In this document: piece after piece, positions 37,357-38,492 of the stretch
How positions within the stretch are numbered: the stretch's first letter is position 1
How the letters are laid out: each line of letters starts with the position of its first letter
Virus record (IMG/VR): IMGVR_UViG_3300022756_000003
DNA from: a virus
DNA: 38,492 nt
Reading direction: 5' to 3' (one strand)
Translations under genes and position numbers: made by a program
Notes under the pieces: generated by a model
Told to the model about the DNA's origin: nothing
The model's input: the letters and a program-made list of their open reading frames with translations, nothing else
Database searches by the model: none

Positions 37357-37679
37357 CGCGTCGCCAGCACCAGCAGGACGGCCTGGAACAGCACCACCGC
37401 CAGCAGGCCCCCCACCAGCAGCTGGAGGGCTGCCACCTCCGGGCCCTGCGGTCGCTCCCGGGGGAGCCCCCCCAGGCGGTCCAGGAGCCGTTGCCACCAC
37501 CGCAGGTACCGGAGCCGGAGGTGGGCTCGGAACCGTCGCCACCACGGTCGCGCTGGGGGTCTCCGTTGGCGGGGGAAGGGGTAGGGCATCCGGGGTTCCG
37601 GTTGGTAGCGGGCTGGGGGCAACCGCCACGGCAGGGAGGGGGGGCGTTGGGAGGGCCAGCGGTGGGGCGGGCGGTCCAT
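37353..37679 (-). CDS. Arg/Trp/Pro-rich protein with C-terminal TM anchor (108 aa)
   Basis: ATG 37679, 5 nt after AGGAGGAG. GC3 is very high in this frame only. …RPWWRRFRAHLRLRYLRWWQRLLDRLGG…AALQLLVGGLLAVVLFQAVLLVLATR. Confidence 0.7.
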   Translation of the reverse strand: MDRPPHRWPSQRPPSLPWRLPPARYQPEPRMPYPFPRQRRPPARPWWRRFRAHLRLRYLRWWQRLLDRLGGLPRERPQGPEVAALQLLVGGLLAVVLFQAVLLVLATR

Positions 37680-37720
37680 CTGGCTCCTCCTGCGCCTCAG
37701 GCGCCTCAGGCGCCGCGGGC

Positions 37721-38182
37721 TCAATGGGCGTGGTCGTCGTGGTAGGCGCGGTCGTCGCGGAGCGTGGCGTGGGTATGGGGGTGGGTGTGGTCGTACCGCT
37801 CGAGGGGGGGGCCGTCCCAGCCGGGGAGGACGTTGCGGGGACCGCCGTGGTGGGCGTGGCGGTGGAGGTGGCCGCCGTCGGGGACGAACTGGCCGGGGGC
37901 GGGGGCGTTGCGGTACGGGGCGGGGGTGACGGCGTCGGACTCGGGACGAAGGGGCAGCATCCCGTCCCCGGAGGCGACGAGGCGGAGGGCGACGACGCGC
38001 CACCACCCCCGGTAGGGCTCGCCGTCGAGGACGGTGTAGAGGTGGCCGTCGAGGGCGGCGAGGCGGAGGGTGGGGTCGGGGGCGTCGGTGTCGAGGGTGC
38101 GGGTGTCGCCTGCGTGGACGCCGCCGTCCGGGAAGGGGGCGGCGGTGCGGTCGGTTGCGTCGAGGCGCTCGTCGGGGTCCAT
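37721..38182 (-). CDS. His-rich protein (153 aa from ATG 38182; may start further upstream or be fused to the segment above)
   Basis: Codon-position GC is about 95% at position 3, 45% at position 2 and 75% at position 1 in this frame. MDPDERLD…LYTVLDGEPYRGWWRVVALRLV…HLHRHAHHGG…HTHPHTHATLRDDRAYHDDHAH. Confidence 0.75.
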   Translation of the reverse strand: MDPDERLDATDRTAAPFPDGGVHAGDTRTLDTDAPDPTLRLAALDGHLYTVLDGEPYRGWWRVVALRLVASGDGMLPLRPESDAVTPAPYRNAPAPGQFVPDGGHLHRHAHHGGPRNVLPGWDGPPLERYDHTHPHTHATLRDDRAYHDDHAH

Positions 38183-38376
38183 ACGGCCGTTACCGTACCG
38201 CAGGCGCCCGGCTCCAGCGTCGGGGCCTGGCTCCCCGGCGGGGGCGTCCGGTCGCACTGTCCGGGAGGCGCCCCTTGCCCCAGGGCCGGGCTGGTGAGCA
38301 CCCAGTAGGCGAGGGCCACCCCCGCGAGGAGCCAGAGGGCCAGCAGCAGCCAGCGCAGGGCTTCGCGCTTCCACAC
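38183..38376 (-). CDS. 5' coding segment for an N-terminal signal-anchor peptide, in a different frame from 37721..38182 and with no stop of its own
   Basis: GTG 38376 (equals window position 11, inside the terminal repeat). VWKREALRWLLLALWLLAGVALAYWVLTSPALGQG… with high GC3 and mixed GC2. Further downstream, the same frame becomes a position-2 GC-saturated shadow. Confidence 0.5.
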
Positions 38377-38492
38377 AGCGCCTCGTTACAATGAGGCCCC
38401 GGCCAGGTTGGAGCCTGCCGGGGCACGACACCGAAGGAGTGAACTTCGATGCCCGTCCATGTTAGCCCACCCAAGTACCCCGGGAAGTCGCG
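38366..38492. repeat. Terminal direct repeat, copy 2 (identical to 1..127)
   Basis: Exact 127-nt match to the window start. Confidence 0.95.

Noticed and set aside
37258-38376. 372-aa signal-peptide / Pro-Thr-Ser 'mucin-like' / C-terminal-anchor surface protein
   Set aside because: In the middle ~900 nt, the second codon position of this frame is ~95% GC, because it is the third position of the true frames 37721..38182 and 37353..37679. The P/T/S/A richness is therefore a frame artefact. Only the extreme 5' segment, and possibly the last 32 codons, look coding.

Overview
This window is a complete, very GC-rich (roughly 70% by eye, not computed) temperate phage genome of about 38.4 kb. The first 127 nt recur exactly as the last 127 nt, so the unique unit is 38365 bp and the contig is a circular-type assembly.

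Layout:
1. Minus-strand late operon, from the portal gene (start 22307) down to a lysis cassette (M23 endolysin 671..1558 plus an unlisted 48-aa two-TM ORF 514..660). In order: portal, five large internal or ejection-type proteins (one with a lytic transglycosylase and two M23 domains), scaffold, HK97-fold major capsid protein, small head proteins (DUF3008-like, 2xFN3), adaptor- and nozzle-like proteins, and a tail fibre with an S74 chaperone C-terminus. There is no tail tube or tape-measure set, so the virion looks podovirus-like.
2. terL on the plus strand (23046..24554), divergent from portal. It is preceded by a reverse-oriented HNH-AP2 endonuclease gene bracketed by a diverged duplication of the terL promoter and 5' end.
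3. Minus-strand early operon (30532 down to 24499): Cro-like HTH, a replication organiser with an internal iteron and palindrome cluster (putative ori), a G39P-like loader, HTH and wHTH regulators, a secreted SLT, a VRR-NUC nuclease, a DUF5681-like protein and an RNAP alpha-CTD-like protein.
4. Lysogeny module: CI-like repressor (+), large serine recombinase and an RHH protein (-).
5. Accessory block, 33.5-38.4 kb: a secreted Tyr/Ser/Gly-rich moron with a strong terminator, a possible annealing protein, an HNH gene broken by a (CACCG)3 repeat, a DPPY methyltransferase, a tRNA-like gene with an aberrant anticodon loop, about 290 nt of structured non-coding DNA, a further HNH gene, and a membrane and His-rich gene cluster with a reading-frame break.

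Many long ORFs in the supplied track are GC-shadow frames and were not called. All functional calls rest on motifs recognised by eye. No database search or structure prediction was possible.
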